A stretch of DNA of 64,000 nucleotides from a virus (taxonomy: Duplodnaviria; Caudoviricetes): IMG/VR virus record IMGVR_UViG_3300021978_000001, positions 32,001-96,000 of that record; one strand, given 5' to 3'. Shown piece after piece: positions 57,101 through 64,000 of this stretch; position 1 is the stretch's first letter, and each line of letters begins with the position of its first letter. A program made the translations under genes and the position numbers. A model generated the notes under the pieces. That model was not told where the DNA came from. It made no database searches and saw only the letters and a program-made list of their open reading frames with translations.

Positions 57101-57985
57101 TGTCTGGCGAAAGAGGCTCGCGAGCCCCTGTGCGTTGTCGGTCCCTGTGGAGGCATCCTCGACGATGTAGAGGTTATCGGTGGTAAACGTCGCGGCACCG
57201 AGGGTGGGTCCCGTATAGGTAAAGCCCACAGGGTTATCATCCCCCTCGAAGAATACCGAGGTCACCTTCAAATCACGCTTGAACGGTGGCAGGGAAGCAT
57301 ACTGCGAGGGTTCATTCAAGACAAGAGAGGTCGGGTCGTTCAAGACCGCACTGTATTCGTAATCGAACGCGGTCCACTGGTGCCCCACAACCTCGGGCGG
57401 CGTCAAAACAGCGCGCTCACCGACATCAGGGCCGCTGCCGGGTCCCAACACGGTATTGAACGCGAAGGGATGAGCATAAGCGTTCGTGCCAAATTGGTTG
57501 AGGAGGTAGTTCGAGTTGTTGAGCGCCGCGAACGGGAGCGTGGGGCGATCGACATAAGAGTAGTCGATCAGGACCGTATCCCCGGGTTCGAGGATCTCCC
57601 CCATGATCAGGATGCCCGCCACAGGGTCGATCGCTACAGGCGGCGTAGGCGTGCCGTTGACGAGGACGGTAACATCATCCACGGTCGCGAGCTTCCCATC
57701 CCCCTGTCCGTTGGTCAGGGGACCGTACTCGGTGAAGATGAGCGTGTTCTCGGGGCGGTCGATAAGCCCGAGCGTGGCGAGTTGTCCCGAGGTCGCGACC
57801 GAGGTGAGATCCACATTAGCCCAGACCCCCATGGTCGCCACAGAGGAACCCAACGAACCTGCGTTGAAGGTCTCGGTGATCGCCAACCCCCCAAGGCCCG
57901 AGGCGGTGGCGGAGATTTTGATACCGGCGCCGTTCGGGTCAGGGATGCGATGAACTGTGGGGAAACTGAGCCGGATATTACTCAT
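54119..57985 (-). CDS. Large virion structural protein (1288 aa)
   Basis: Beta-rich acidic protein, ATGA-coupled to the upstream fibre gene; internal NYLLN/SLVLN/DFILN/TVLN...N motifs. Confidence 0.65.
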   Translation of the reverse strand: MSNIRLSFPTVHRIPDPNGAGIKISATASGLGGLAITETFNAGSLGSSVATMGVWANVDLTSVATSGQLATLGLIDRPENTLIFTEYGPLTNGQGDGKLATVDDVTVLVNGTPTPPVAIDPVAGILIMGEILEPGDTVLIDYSYVDRPTLPFAALNNSNYLLNQFGTNAYAHPFAFNTVLGPGSGPDVGERAVLTPPEVVGHQWTAFDYEYSAVLNDPTSLVLNEPSQYASLPPFKRDLKVTSVFFEGDDNPVGFTYTGPTLGAATFTTDNLYIVEDASTGTDNAQGLASLFRQTLDLSYEASSSLNWRLRALSYTPDGVFTGITAGWSDDERAYLVGFLELSGGFLTAGILSDTGDETLIDSWSGLTSVVENPNGPNTQLRFTTEPPFTLGERLWSDGVVYTVLDIDDQGVDGFTVTVDVAFPATGPVELFLEVDFTVLRSYRAAKTSSGEFALFLAGFETPIASVSQDDAAIAPEIFALLRNNSLFFGSASRRAVSEVGWDFVRFAVTPDQGTESAQVVSVVTDMVTLPEDNTPPWYLAQNQGYARTLPGDLVLQQSAGQPVVGEGYAWSRVEPFIDQASLREITFKVRVTSWAQGMASTVILADEKRQMTLSLFDENAPAQYQGQGALAKSATGFWQFINGISLSTQGHLDGYNAPLPGAFLYAYGGVTSPTDAGFTSTLDADELSYYDHRLVITHDGAAATASAVEVGRGSITEWVCATRLAIKDYTLTSDDLAPFFFGVDDGEYVVYLAPYDDGTPMLVLVDDTGTLVLDGGNPVGVNYDWTASTELTHFKLVRYGDNLSVFADGVYVGLIDVLLAPVSTATDVQARFGVLDGQGTFEVDYFYAHQAAHGNRRIGLYTGSGDILDANQYTSAPAEFFGAFLDVRVRINKTSIVEIFLGGSSTPSLTLPYNQLPLREDLTNVDTNLGYVLFGTLDPAAYTDAQWDRVNYILLNRREDQRTLPNAVLNYSNTLTSPEPVEDRDPEQVLITPYTATILRPGQVGMFADRVLSVTSQDGLTAYTYTYDRVSNEITLDTPLTDLTSPLRVTLYHRRPFGKGYLKNNRPVIRLGEGTPPFALTHQAQVTASVEFNSQLNDQNDLLNSDDDFILNDAGTSVVFRRKEDSFLASLDLCSVVQYGEQGLVSAACDKFVAITLEDPYEDTYTFPDQGDENPRTRGRLLQLNNPNTVLNSPEGNLANLASAVTLVCEITYTDEVGAVTDEALTGGESVLTDFYGSGLLNNPKATLNSVVNTPGDVVHEDSVVFTLNTQTTSDQVLDFVTTVNFP

Positions 57986-58779
57986 GGATCAAGCACCTGG
58001 GTGTATGAAATCAACTGGCTTTGGGCGTTGTACGTCGCGGTGATCGTGTACGATGCGATTTCGTTCGTGTCTGCGATCACGTCACCATTGCTCGGGTAGA
58101 TCTTTGCCGTGGCGCTGGTCAGGTTGTTGTTGCCATCGTACACCTGGTCAATCAACGCGAAGTTTTCATGGTTCAATCCGAGAATACGCGTGATCTGTTC
58201 CGCGAGCGCTGGGAGCGTCGTCGTACCATCTCCCAGGACATCCCACAACCCCACTCCCGCTGGGGCCACTTGTGTCCCTCCGGCGCCCGCGAGCTGGTCA
58301 GCGGTGGCGACCGGACCCGTGATGTTCGTGTCGATCGTATCGCTCAGGATCTTCAAGGAGTCCGTGCCCGAGTTAAAGCCCGCACCTTGAATGTCTGCGA
58401 TCCCTGTGTTGATGCCCGAGATGTTCGCGTTGACCGCTTGCACTTGTGAACTGATCGAGTCGAACAGGTTCTCGTACACCTGCGCGCGAACATTGTACTG
58501 ATCGAACGTTCCGGCTGCCAGGGGATCTTTAAAGACAATGATCAACTCCCCCAGAGTATCGGTCTCGCTCGCGCTCAGGTCAATGGTGTAAAGCCCTGGC
58601 ATGTTCGCGGCATCCAACTCGGTGAAGTTCGTGGGGGACAGTGTGAACGCCGCCACAGCGCCACCATTCTTCGAGAGGAAGGCTTCTACATCCGTATCCG
58701 CGAGGCCCGTCACTCCTGTGCCTCCTGCTGCGAGGATGATCGTGACCTTGGCCACGCTGGATTGTTCGAGTAGCAACAT
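57982..58779 (-). CDS. Short fibre/decoration protein (265 aa), paralogue of 58792-62298
   Basis: Shares the N-terminal Ig-like domain, the IQGAGFNxxTDSL stalk motif and the C-terminal RILGL..EN domain with the neighbour. Confidence 0.7.
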   Translation of the reverse strand: MLLLEQSSVAKVTIILAAGGTGVTGLADTDVEAFLSKNGGAVAAFTLSPTNFTELDAANMPGLYTIDLSASETDTLGELIIVFKDPLAAGTFDQYNVRAQVYENLFDSISSQVQAVNANISGINTGIADIQGAGFNSGTDSLKILSDTIDTNITGPVATADQLAGAGGTQVAPAGVGLWDVLGDGTTTLPALAEQITRILGLNHENFALIDQVYDGNNNLTSATAKIYPSNGDVIADTNEIASYTITATYNAQSQLISYTQVLDP

Positions 58780-58791
58780 GGTAGCTCCCTA

Positions 58792-61700
58792 TCAGGCGCG
58801 TCGGAATTGATAATCAATCAAGCGACCACTCACGTCATACGAAGCCACCAGGGCATAGGCCGCGATCACGTTGGTCTCATCCACGACATCCTGCGCCGTG
58901 GGGTAGATGCGAATGGTCGCTGCCGTCAGGTTCCCCGAGGCATCATAGGTGTGGCCTGAGATGCGCAAGTTCTCCTGGCTCAACCCGAGGATGCGCGCGA
59001 GCGTCGTGGTGATGTCATCCAGGTCTGTCTGGAGTTGTGTGATCTGCGCCGTTTGCGCGGTCACTTCCCCTTCGATCGCCGTGATGTCTGCGGACTGCCC
59101 ATCAATCGCATCACGCAAGGCTTCGAGCGAGTCCGTCCCGCTGCTAAACGTCGCGCCCTGGATGTCCGCGAGCGTCGCGCTCTGGACCGAGAGGCTGTCG
59201 GTTCCCGTATCGAATCCAGCACCCTGAATCGCGGTCAAGGTCGTGGTCTGTGTCGTGTTGTTCGTGTCGATGGTATCACGCAAAACTTCGAGCGAGTCGG
59301 TTGCCGTATTGAAACCTGCACCTTGAATGTCCGCGAGGCTCGACGTGATTGGCGCCAGGTCCACGGGTGTATCGACATTGAAGCGCAACGACACCGGGTC
59401 GAGGTTCGCAGACGCCGCCTGGATTTGGAAGATCAGAACATCACTATCGGCCTGCCCCGTAAACCAGAGCGTCCCTTCTGCTTCATCACCGCTGTTGAAC
59501 ACGGGTGTTCCGGTCACTCCTGCGAGCGCGGTTTGCACCGTCGAATCGGTCTGCCATGTGTCCCCGCCATCATCCGTGTAGAGGATAGTGTTATCCCCTG
59601 CAACCCACGCGACATCTGTGGAGACCGCGACCACCGAGAAGAGATCCGCGACCACGCCCGAGGTTTGCGCTGTGAATGACTGCCCGCCATCCGAAGTGTA
59701 GAAAATGATGCCACCGTTTCCTACAGTCCAACCTACCTGCGTCCCATCCACGAAGTCGATGTCTCGCAAGGTGCCCGGTGTCCCCGGGAGCGTGATCAAG
59801 GCCCAACTCGCGCCCCCGTCATCCGTGCGGATGATGAAGTCCTGAGACGCGCCATCCTCACCCACCGCGACCGCGACATCTGTCGTTACCGCAGATACTC
59901 CGTAGAACAGCTCACCGCCGCCCCCGACATCACCAGGGCTGTAAGGGATCGCGAGGTTTGTGGGGTTATCATCACGGTCGAGCTTGAGCACATAGCCCGC
60001 TGCGACCACGTACACGATGCGATCCGACGCCGCGTCCAGGTCCTCGACGCGGTTGAACACCGTGAAGGAGCCTTCTGTGGCTTGCGTGTAGGAAGCGCCA
60101 TCGTTATCGGAGTATGCAACCACAGGCGCGCCAGAATCCGCGCCGCCCACGATCACGAAGTCTGTCCCCTCGATCCCCGAAACAGCGGTATCCTCGAAGG
60201 TGACGCCACCTGTATCGACCCAGGTATCCCCGCCATCACTCGTAGTGATCACCGAAGCACCTGTGGCGCCATTGAGCCGCGCGATAAACGCACGCAAGCT
60301 CGACTGCGCATAGACCGAAGCCCCAGCATCCGCAGAGCCACCCGGGTCCGCCTGCTCACCCGCAAAGGTCACAGCCAGGCCCCCGCCGCGAAGATCGACC
60401 ACAAGATCACCGAGCGTGTCTGTGTCACTCGCGCTCAAGGTGAGGCTATACCAACCAGGCAACACCACATCATTGAGTTCGGTCAGGGTCGTGTTGATCG
60501 TATTCGCCGTGCTCGTGCCTGCCTTGAACAGCAAGCTCGTGACCGCGCCACCTGCAATCCCTGTGTTTGCTTGCCCCTGGTTCGAGAGGTACACCGCGAT
60601 GGTGTGTGCGGTGGATTGCGGAATCCCATAAGCGGGCCGTTGCCTCGACAACTCGGCATCCAGGGTTGCTTGCAAGGTCGCGAGGAGCGCGGGAGCGGTA
60701 TCGGTCGCAGAGATCTGAAAACGAAAGCGCGTCTCATCAATCTGAGCGAAGGTCTTGCCCTCCTCATACACGACGCCTTCACCGTCAGCTTGAGAGAACA
60801 AGGCTTGGTCCGCGTAGTACGTCGAGTGCAGGTTCAACGCCGTGAACCCGACAAGAGGTGTGGGCGCGCTCCAGCTTGTACCCGCATCATCTGTATAGAT
60901 CACGGTACCGTTGTCGCCTACCACATAAGCGGTGTTCGCATCGAGCGTGTAGACCGCGTAGAGATCCTCGACCGTCCCGGTGACGCCTGTTTGATCGACC
61001 CAGTTATCGCCACCATCGGTGGTGTAGAGTACCGTCCCCGAGAGGCCACACGCGAACCCTGCGAGGCCCCCGCGCTCCATATCGACTCCGCGCAGCTCTG
61101 CGACTGCCGGGAGCGTCGTGGGGCTATTGAACGTGTTTCCATCTGTGGTGAAGCGAATCTCTCCGGCGCCTGCGGTCTGTCCTACCACGACGACGCGGTT
61201 GAACTGGAAGCTGCTGACATCGTAAAGCGTCGTGTTCGCGAGCGTCGCGACCGTCGAAAACGTGCCCCCAAAGAACGAACCCTTGAAGACATACGCCGTG
61301 GTGGTCGCTTGCGCCAACAGGAAGTATGAGGAGTCCCCGTTGGCCACCGAGATCTTGCGTACCGTATCGACCGTTTGTGGGCCACCGTGGAACGTCTCGG
61401 TGAACGTATCCCCGCCATCTGTGGTGTAATACACAGCAGCTTGCGTGCCTGCGGGCTCATATCCACAGATCACAAATTTATCTGCGTCCGTCTCATCGCC
61501 ATCCACGCCCGTCGAAGTCACGGTCGCGCCGCCGTTCTGGTTGAACGTCAGTTGCTCGTAAGTCCCCGAGCGGTCACGGGAGATGTACACGTTATCGACA
61601 GCGGTGAAGATGTTGTTATCCGTCACGATGACGATGACATCACCCCCGGCAGGCTTGACCGCGTAAATATCGGTCGCGTCCGTTCCGGGGTATCCCGAGA

Positions 61701-62298
61701 GTGACGCACCCTCTGCAATATCATCAGGCTTCCTGACGACCGTCACCAGCTCCCCGGGGGTCGCGGTAAGGGTCGAAGGTAGGGTGAGCGTGTAGAGGCC
61801 CCTGGAGAGTTCTGTGAGGCTCGTGGTGAGTGTGTTCGCTACCGTAGCACCATTGAGGTAGGTATCGACAGCGATGTCTTCGAGCGTGGCGCCCGTAACT
61901 GGAATCCCATCACGCTCAAGCTCGACGAGGAAGGCGCGTTCGCTGTTCTGCGCGATGTCCAACCCGTATACTTCGCTCTCGGGTGGAACAGGCTCACCCA
62001 CCTGGAAGGTGTCCGTGTACTGCGCGACACCCGAGCCCCCGACCTCGGTGATGACGAAGACAAACTCACCTCGCTCATCCAACTCATCGGCGGTAAAGTC
62101 CACCTCGTAGATGCCCGGCATGTTGGTAGCATCGACTTCTCGAAAGTTTGTACCGTCGAGGGTCTTTTGTGTCGCAGGGCCACCGTCCTTGCGGTAGTAC
62201 AGCGCGACATCAGCAGCAACAAGCGCCGTCAATGGCGCTCCGGCTGCATCGACGAGCAGCACAGTCACGGTATCAGGTTGAGCGAGCACGCGCAGCAT
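58792..62298 (-). CDS. Long fibre protein with YCF48/BNR (Asp-box) beta-propeller repeats and trimeric-stalk-like repeats
   Basis: About nine T/S-x-DGG-x-T/S-W/F boxes; IQGAxFxxxTDSL x3; start reassigned to ATG 62298 (GGAG RBS). Confidence 0.75.
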   Translation of the reverse strand: MLRVLAQPDTVTVLLVDAAGAPLTALVAADVALYYRKDGGPATQKTLDGTNFREVDATNMPGIYEVDFTADELDERGEFVFVITEVGGSGVAQYTDTFQVGEPVPPESEVYGLDIAQNSERAFLVELERDGIPVTGATLEDIAVDTYLNGATVANTLTTSLTELSRGLYTLTLPSTLTATPGELVTVVRKPDDIAEGASLSGYPGTDATDIYAVKPAGGDVIVIVTDNNIFTAVDNVYISRDRSGTYEQLTFNQNGGATVTSTGVDGDETDADKFVICGYEPAGTQAAVYYTTDGGDTFTETFHGGPQTVDTVRKISVANGDSSYFLLAQATTTAYVFKGSFFGGTFSTVATLANTTLYDVSSFQFNRVVVVGQTAGAGEIRFTTDGNTFNSPTTLPAVAELRGVDMERGGLAGFACGLSGTVLYTTDGGDNWVDQTGVTGTVEDLYAVYTLDANTAYVVGDNGTVIYTDDAGTSWSAPTPLVGFTALNLHSTYYADQALFSQADGEGVVYEEGKTFAQIDETRFRFQISATDTAPALLATLQATLDAELSRQRPAYGIPQSTAHTIAVYLSNQGQANTGIAGGAVTSLLFKAGTSTANTINTTLTELNDVVLPGWYSLTLSASDTDTLGDLVVDLRGGGLAVTFAGEQADPGGSADAGASVYAQSSLRAFIARLNGATGASVITTSDGGDTWVDTGGVTFEDTAVSGIEGTDFVIVGGADSGAPVVAYSDNDGASYTQATEGSFTVFNRVEDLDAASDRIVYVVAAGYVLKLDRDDNPTNLAIPYSPGDVGGGGELFYGVSAVTTDVAVAVGEDGASQDFIIRTDDGGASWALITLPGTPGTLRDIDFVDGTQVGWTVGNGGIIFYTSDGGQSFTAQTSGVVADLFSVVAVSTDVAWVAGDNTILYTDDGGDTWQTDSTVQTALAGVTGTPVFNSGDEAEGTLWFTGQADSDVLIFQIQAASANLDPVSLRFNVDTPVDLAPITSSLADIQGAGFNTATDSLEVLRDTIDTNNTTQTTTLTAIQGAGFDTGTDSLSVQSATLADIQGATFSSGTDSLEALRDAIDGQSADITAIEGEVTAQTAQITQLQTDLDDITTTLARILGLSQENLRISGHTYDASGNLTAATIRIYPTAQDVVDETNVIAAYALVASYDVSGRLIDYQFRRA

Positions 62299-62346
62299 TG
62301 ATGTCTCCACAAGTAAACCAAAGAAAGCCTTTACCGGCTCCCCTGG

Positions 62347-62361
62347 TTTATAAGTGGATTC
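62347..62361 (-). promoter_or_regulatory. Late-promoter-like variant
   Basis: Minus strand GAATCCACTTATAAA upstream of the first fibre gene. Confidence 0.4.
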
Positions 62362-62394
62362 TTATCGCGTCTGACGCCCCGCCAGCCGAGCCAA

Positions 62395-62940
62395 TCAGCC
62401 CAGGCGCACGTCGAGCGCGTAGTGGAAACGGAAGGTGTATTCAGTGGGCAGGACGTCCACCGTCGAAGGGCGGCTGTATTGGTTCAGAATAGTGACCACC
62501 ATGCTTTGAAACTCGCGCGCTTCCTTGGTGAGCTTGCCTGGAGACGTTGCGAGGGCCACTGGAGCCGCCTTGATGGTGACACCGTAGTTGGGCGTCCCAC
62601 GCTGGCCTGTGCGATCCACCACGGCGATCTTGGTACCTTTGGGGAGGCGGCCATCCTTGACGGCGCGCTTGAACTCCGCGTTCATCTCCGCCGCCAGCTC
62701 GAAAGAAGAGAGCATCGCGGTTTCAGCATACTTGGTCCCGTACAGATCACGGAACGCTTGCCCTTCCTGGCCAAAGCTCTGGCGCTCTTGCCCCGAAGCG
62801 ATCTTGCGGTCAATCTCTGCTGCTGCGGCACCTGCCGAGCGTCCTCGAAAGGTGAGGTCGCCTGTGATGCACCAGGGGCGCTCGGAGTCATCGGTGCAGT
62901 AAAAGGTGTGTTGGCGGTAGAGGTGCTTTTGCGTCGTCAT
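62395..62940 (-). CDS. LPD29-like domain protein (divergent, with N-terminal extension)
   Basis: YGTKYAET...ELAAEMNAEFKRAVKDGRLPK... aligns with the 63433-63834 product. Confidence 0.6.
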   Translation of the reverse strand: MTTQKHLYRQHTFYCTDDSERPWCITGDLTFRGRSAGAAAAEIDRKIASGQERQSFGQEGQAFRDLYGTKYAETAMLSSFELAAEMNAEFKRAVKDGRLPKGTKIAVVDRTGQRGTPNYGVTIKAAPVALATSPGKLTKEAREFQSMVVTILNQYSRPSTVDVLPTEYTFRFHYALDVRLG

Positions 62941-62983
62941 GATGTCCTTCCTTTTCTTCCAGGGTTCGTGTTCCGTGTGTCGC

Positions 62984-63262
62984 TCAGGCATCGAGTTGAG
63001 CGTCGATGTATGCCTTCATTCGCTTGAGGCTCGAATGGTTCGAGTAAGGTTCTCCAGCGATGTTCCAGGGGCTTGGGCTGTGCTCCTGCTTGTAGATCCT
63101 CTTTCCACGGTAGTGCCAGAAGCTCTCGCCCGTCCAATCCGTCACCTTGACCGTTCCTGCGCTCATGCGAACCGTTCCGCCTTGTTCGATGTCCTCGATC
63201 ACGCTGTCGAGAATTGCTGGGGTGATGTGCTGGAGGTACTTGTCTGCGATTTGGTTCGTCAT
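62984..63262 (-). CDS. Hypothetical protein (92 aa)
   Basis: RBS AGAGAGG; first gene after the repeated promoter at 63321. Confidence 0.7.
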   Translation of the reverse strand: MTNQIADKYLQHITPAILDSVIEDIEQGGTVRMSAGTVKVTDWTGESFWHYRGKRIYKQEHSPSPWNIAGEPYSNHSSLKRMKAYIDAQLDA

Positions 63263-63320
63263 GGGATGCCTCTCTATCGTATCGTGCCGTGTTGTTGTCG
63301 TCTTCTGTTCCGTACACTTA

Positions 63321-63349
63321 CTGATACCATAAGGGTTAGGGGGCGTAAA
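63321..63349 (-). promoter_or_regulatory. Repeated early-type promoter with conserved leader
   Basis: TTTACG-N17-TATCAG-TAAGTGTACGG...AAGACGACAAC; palindrome at 63353-63365. Confidence 0.75.
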
Positions 63350-63370
63350 AACTTTCTCACAGAAAAAACG

Positions 63371-63405
63371 AAGAAAGCCCGCAATGCCTTGTAGCATGCG
63401 GGCTT
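63371..63405 (-). terminator. Rho-independent terminator
   Basis: AAGCCCGCA...GCGGGCTT stem followed on the minus strand by TCTT/TTTTTT. Confidence 0.7.
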
Positions 63406-63432
63406 CGGGAGGTTTCTTTTTTCGAGCTGGTG

Positions 63433-63834
63433 TCAGCAGCGGTGCGAAACATGGGAGTAGAAGCGGACGTGAAAGTAGTCTGTTTGGATGTCGCTACCAT
63501 CGAAGTTGTACGCCTTGACGATGGCTTCGAGGATGTCCTCGACCCTGGAGGCTTCTTTCGTGTAGCGCTTCCAGTCTTCACCAAAGGAAAGCTCTTCCTC
63601 GGTGGGGTCACGCATGACCTCGTAAGGTGCTTCCTTGACCGTGACATCGAGGCTCTGGCCACCGGAGTAGCGCGAGATCTTCGCGCTGACCTTGATCTTG
63701 GGGAGGTCACCCTTCTTGATCGCGGCGCGGATGTCCTTGCGGACGAGCTTGGCGATCTCTGCGATGTCGAGGTCCTTGGTTTCTGCGTACTTGTTGCCGT
63801 AAGCGACGGTGTAATCTGGAGCTGCGATCGTCAT
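63433..63834 (-). CDS. LPD29 (large polyvalent protein-associated domain 29)-like protein
   Basis: YGNKY...AEIAKLVRKDIRAAIKKGDLP...SRYSGGQSLDV...YNFDGSDIQTDYFHVRFY is the recalled LPD29 signature. Confidence 0.75.
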   Translation of the reverse strand: MTIAAPDYTVAYGNKYAETKDLDIAEIAKLVRKDIRAAIKKGDLPKIKVSAKISRYSGGQSLDVTVKEAPYEVMRDPTEEELSFGEDWKRYTKEASRVEDILEAIVKAYNFDGSDIQTDYFHVRFYSHVSHRC

Positions 63835-63887
63835 GATGTCCTTCCTTATCTCTTGTCCGTGGTGTTGTCGTCTTGTCCGTACACCTC

Positions 63888-63916
63888 TTGTTACCACAAG
63901 GTATAGAGGGCGTAAA
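63888..63916 (-). promoter_or_regulatory. Repeated early-type promoter with conserved leader
   Basis: TTTACG-N17 (ending TTGTGG)-TAACAA-GAGGTGTACGGACAAGACGACAAC. Confidence 0.75.
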
Positions 63917-64000
63917 AGTTATTTGCCCAGATTCAGAAAAAAAGCATCGGTGCGCCGCCGAACCGCATTCGCGGCGATGACCTGACGCTCCCACTCACGC

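Noticed and set aside
327-62222. Many long alternative-frame or antisense ORFs in the track (e.g. 1916-3121 -, 18021-19589 +, 27786-29624 +, 41041-42414 +, 48265-49893 +, 56315-58099 +)
   Set aside because: They shadow well-supported genes on the opposite strand or in another frame; GC-rich codon bias suppresses stops; no motifs, RBS or operon logic.
13404-63897. Track ORFs beginning MYGTKDDN, MYDDDN, MYGKDNN, MYGTEDD, MVTRGV, MVSGGV
   Set aside because: These starts come from the conserved GTGTACG / GTAAC promoter-leader sequence; the true starts are downstream at ATGs with RBSs.
11031-63916. CRISPR array or mini-array from the repeated elements
   Set aside because: The repeats are dispersed promoters or simple tandem duplications, not regularly spaced repeat-spacer units; no cas genes.

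Overview
The whole window reads as an internal segment of a large, GC-rich, myovirus-like dsDNA phage genome (jumbo/huge-phage type). It has four parts. (i) Baseplate/tail genes at 8-6394 and a long minus-strand virion structural operon at about 38.8-62.3 kb. (ii) An accessory region (about 7.5-17.8 kb, plus 62.4-64 kb) built from small cassettes, most headed by a repeated sigma70-like promoter (TTTACR-N17/18-TANNNN, mostly TANCAR; 10 copies). It includes a divergent RelA/SpoT small-alarmone-synthetase homologue, a PrpE/ApaH-like metallophosphoesterase, infA, phoH and two LPD29-like genes. (iii) A Ycf46-like AAA ATPase with DUF1257- and DUF2997-like partners. (iv) A replication module: family A DNA polymerase with Cys-rich inserts, a stand-alone primase Zn domain, DnaB with one intein, a degenerate DnaC-like loader and a SNF2 helicase with two inteins. 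The most striking features are a complete two-component system (single-domain receiver plus PAS histidine kinase) translationally coupled inside a run of holin-like/membrane/outer-membrane genes at the end of the structural operon, and an alarmone-synthetase-like gene under a putative late promoter whose N-terminus shares a short LAxxVAxR-type motif with two other unrelated proteins. No rRNA, tRNA or CRISPR array was seen. All family assignments come from motif recognition by eye, not from database searches.
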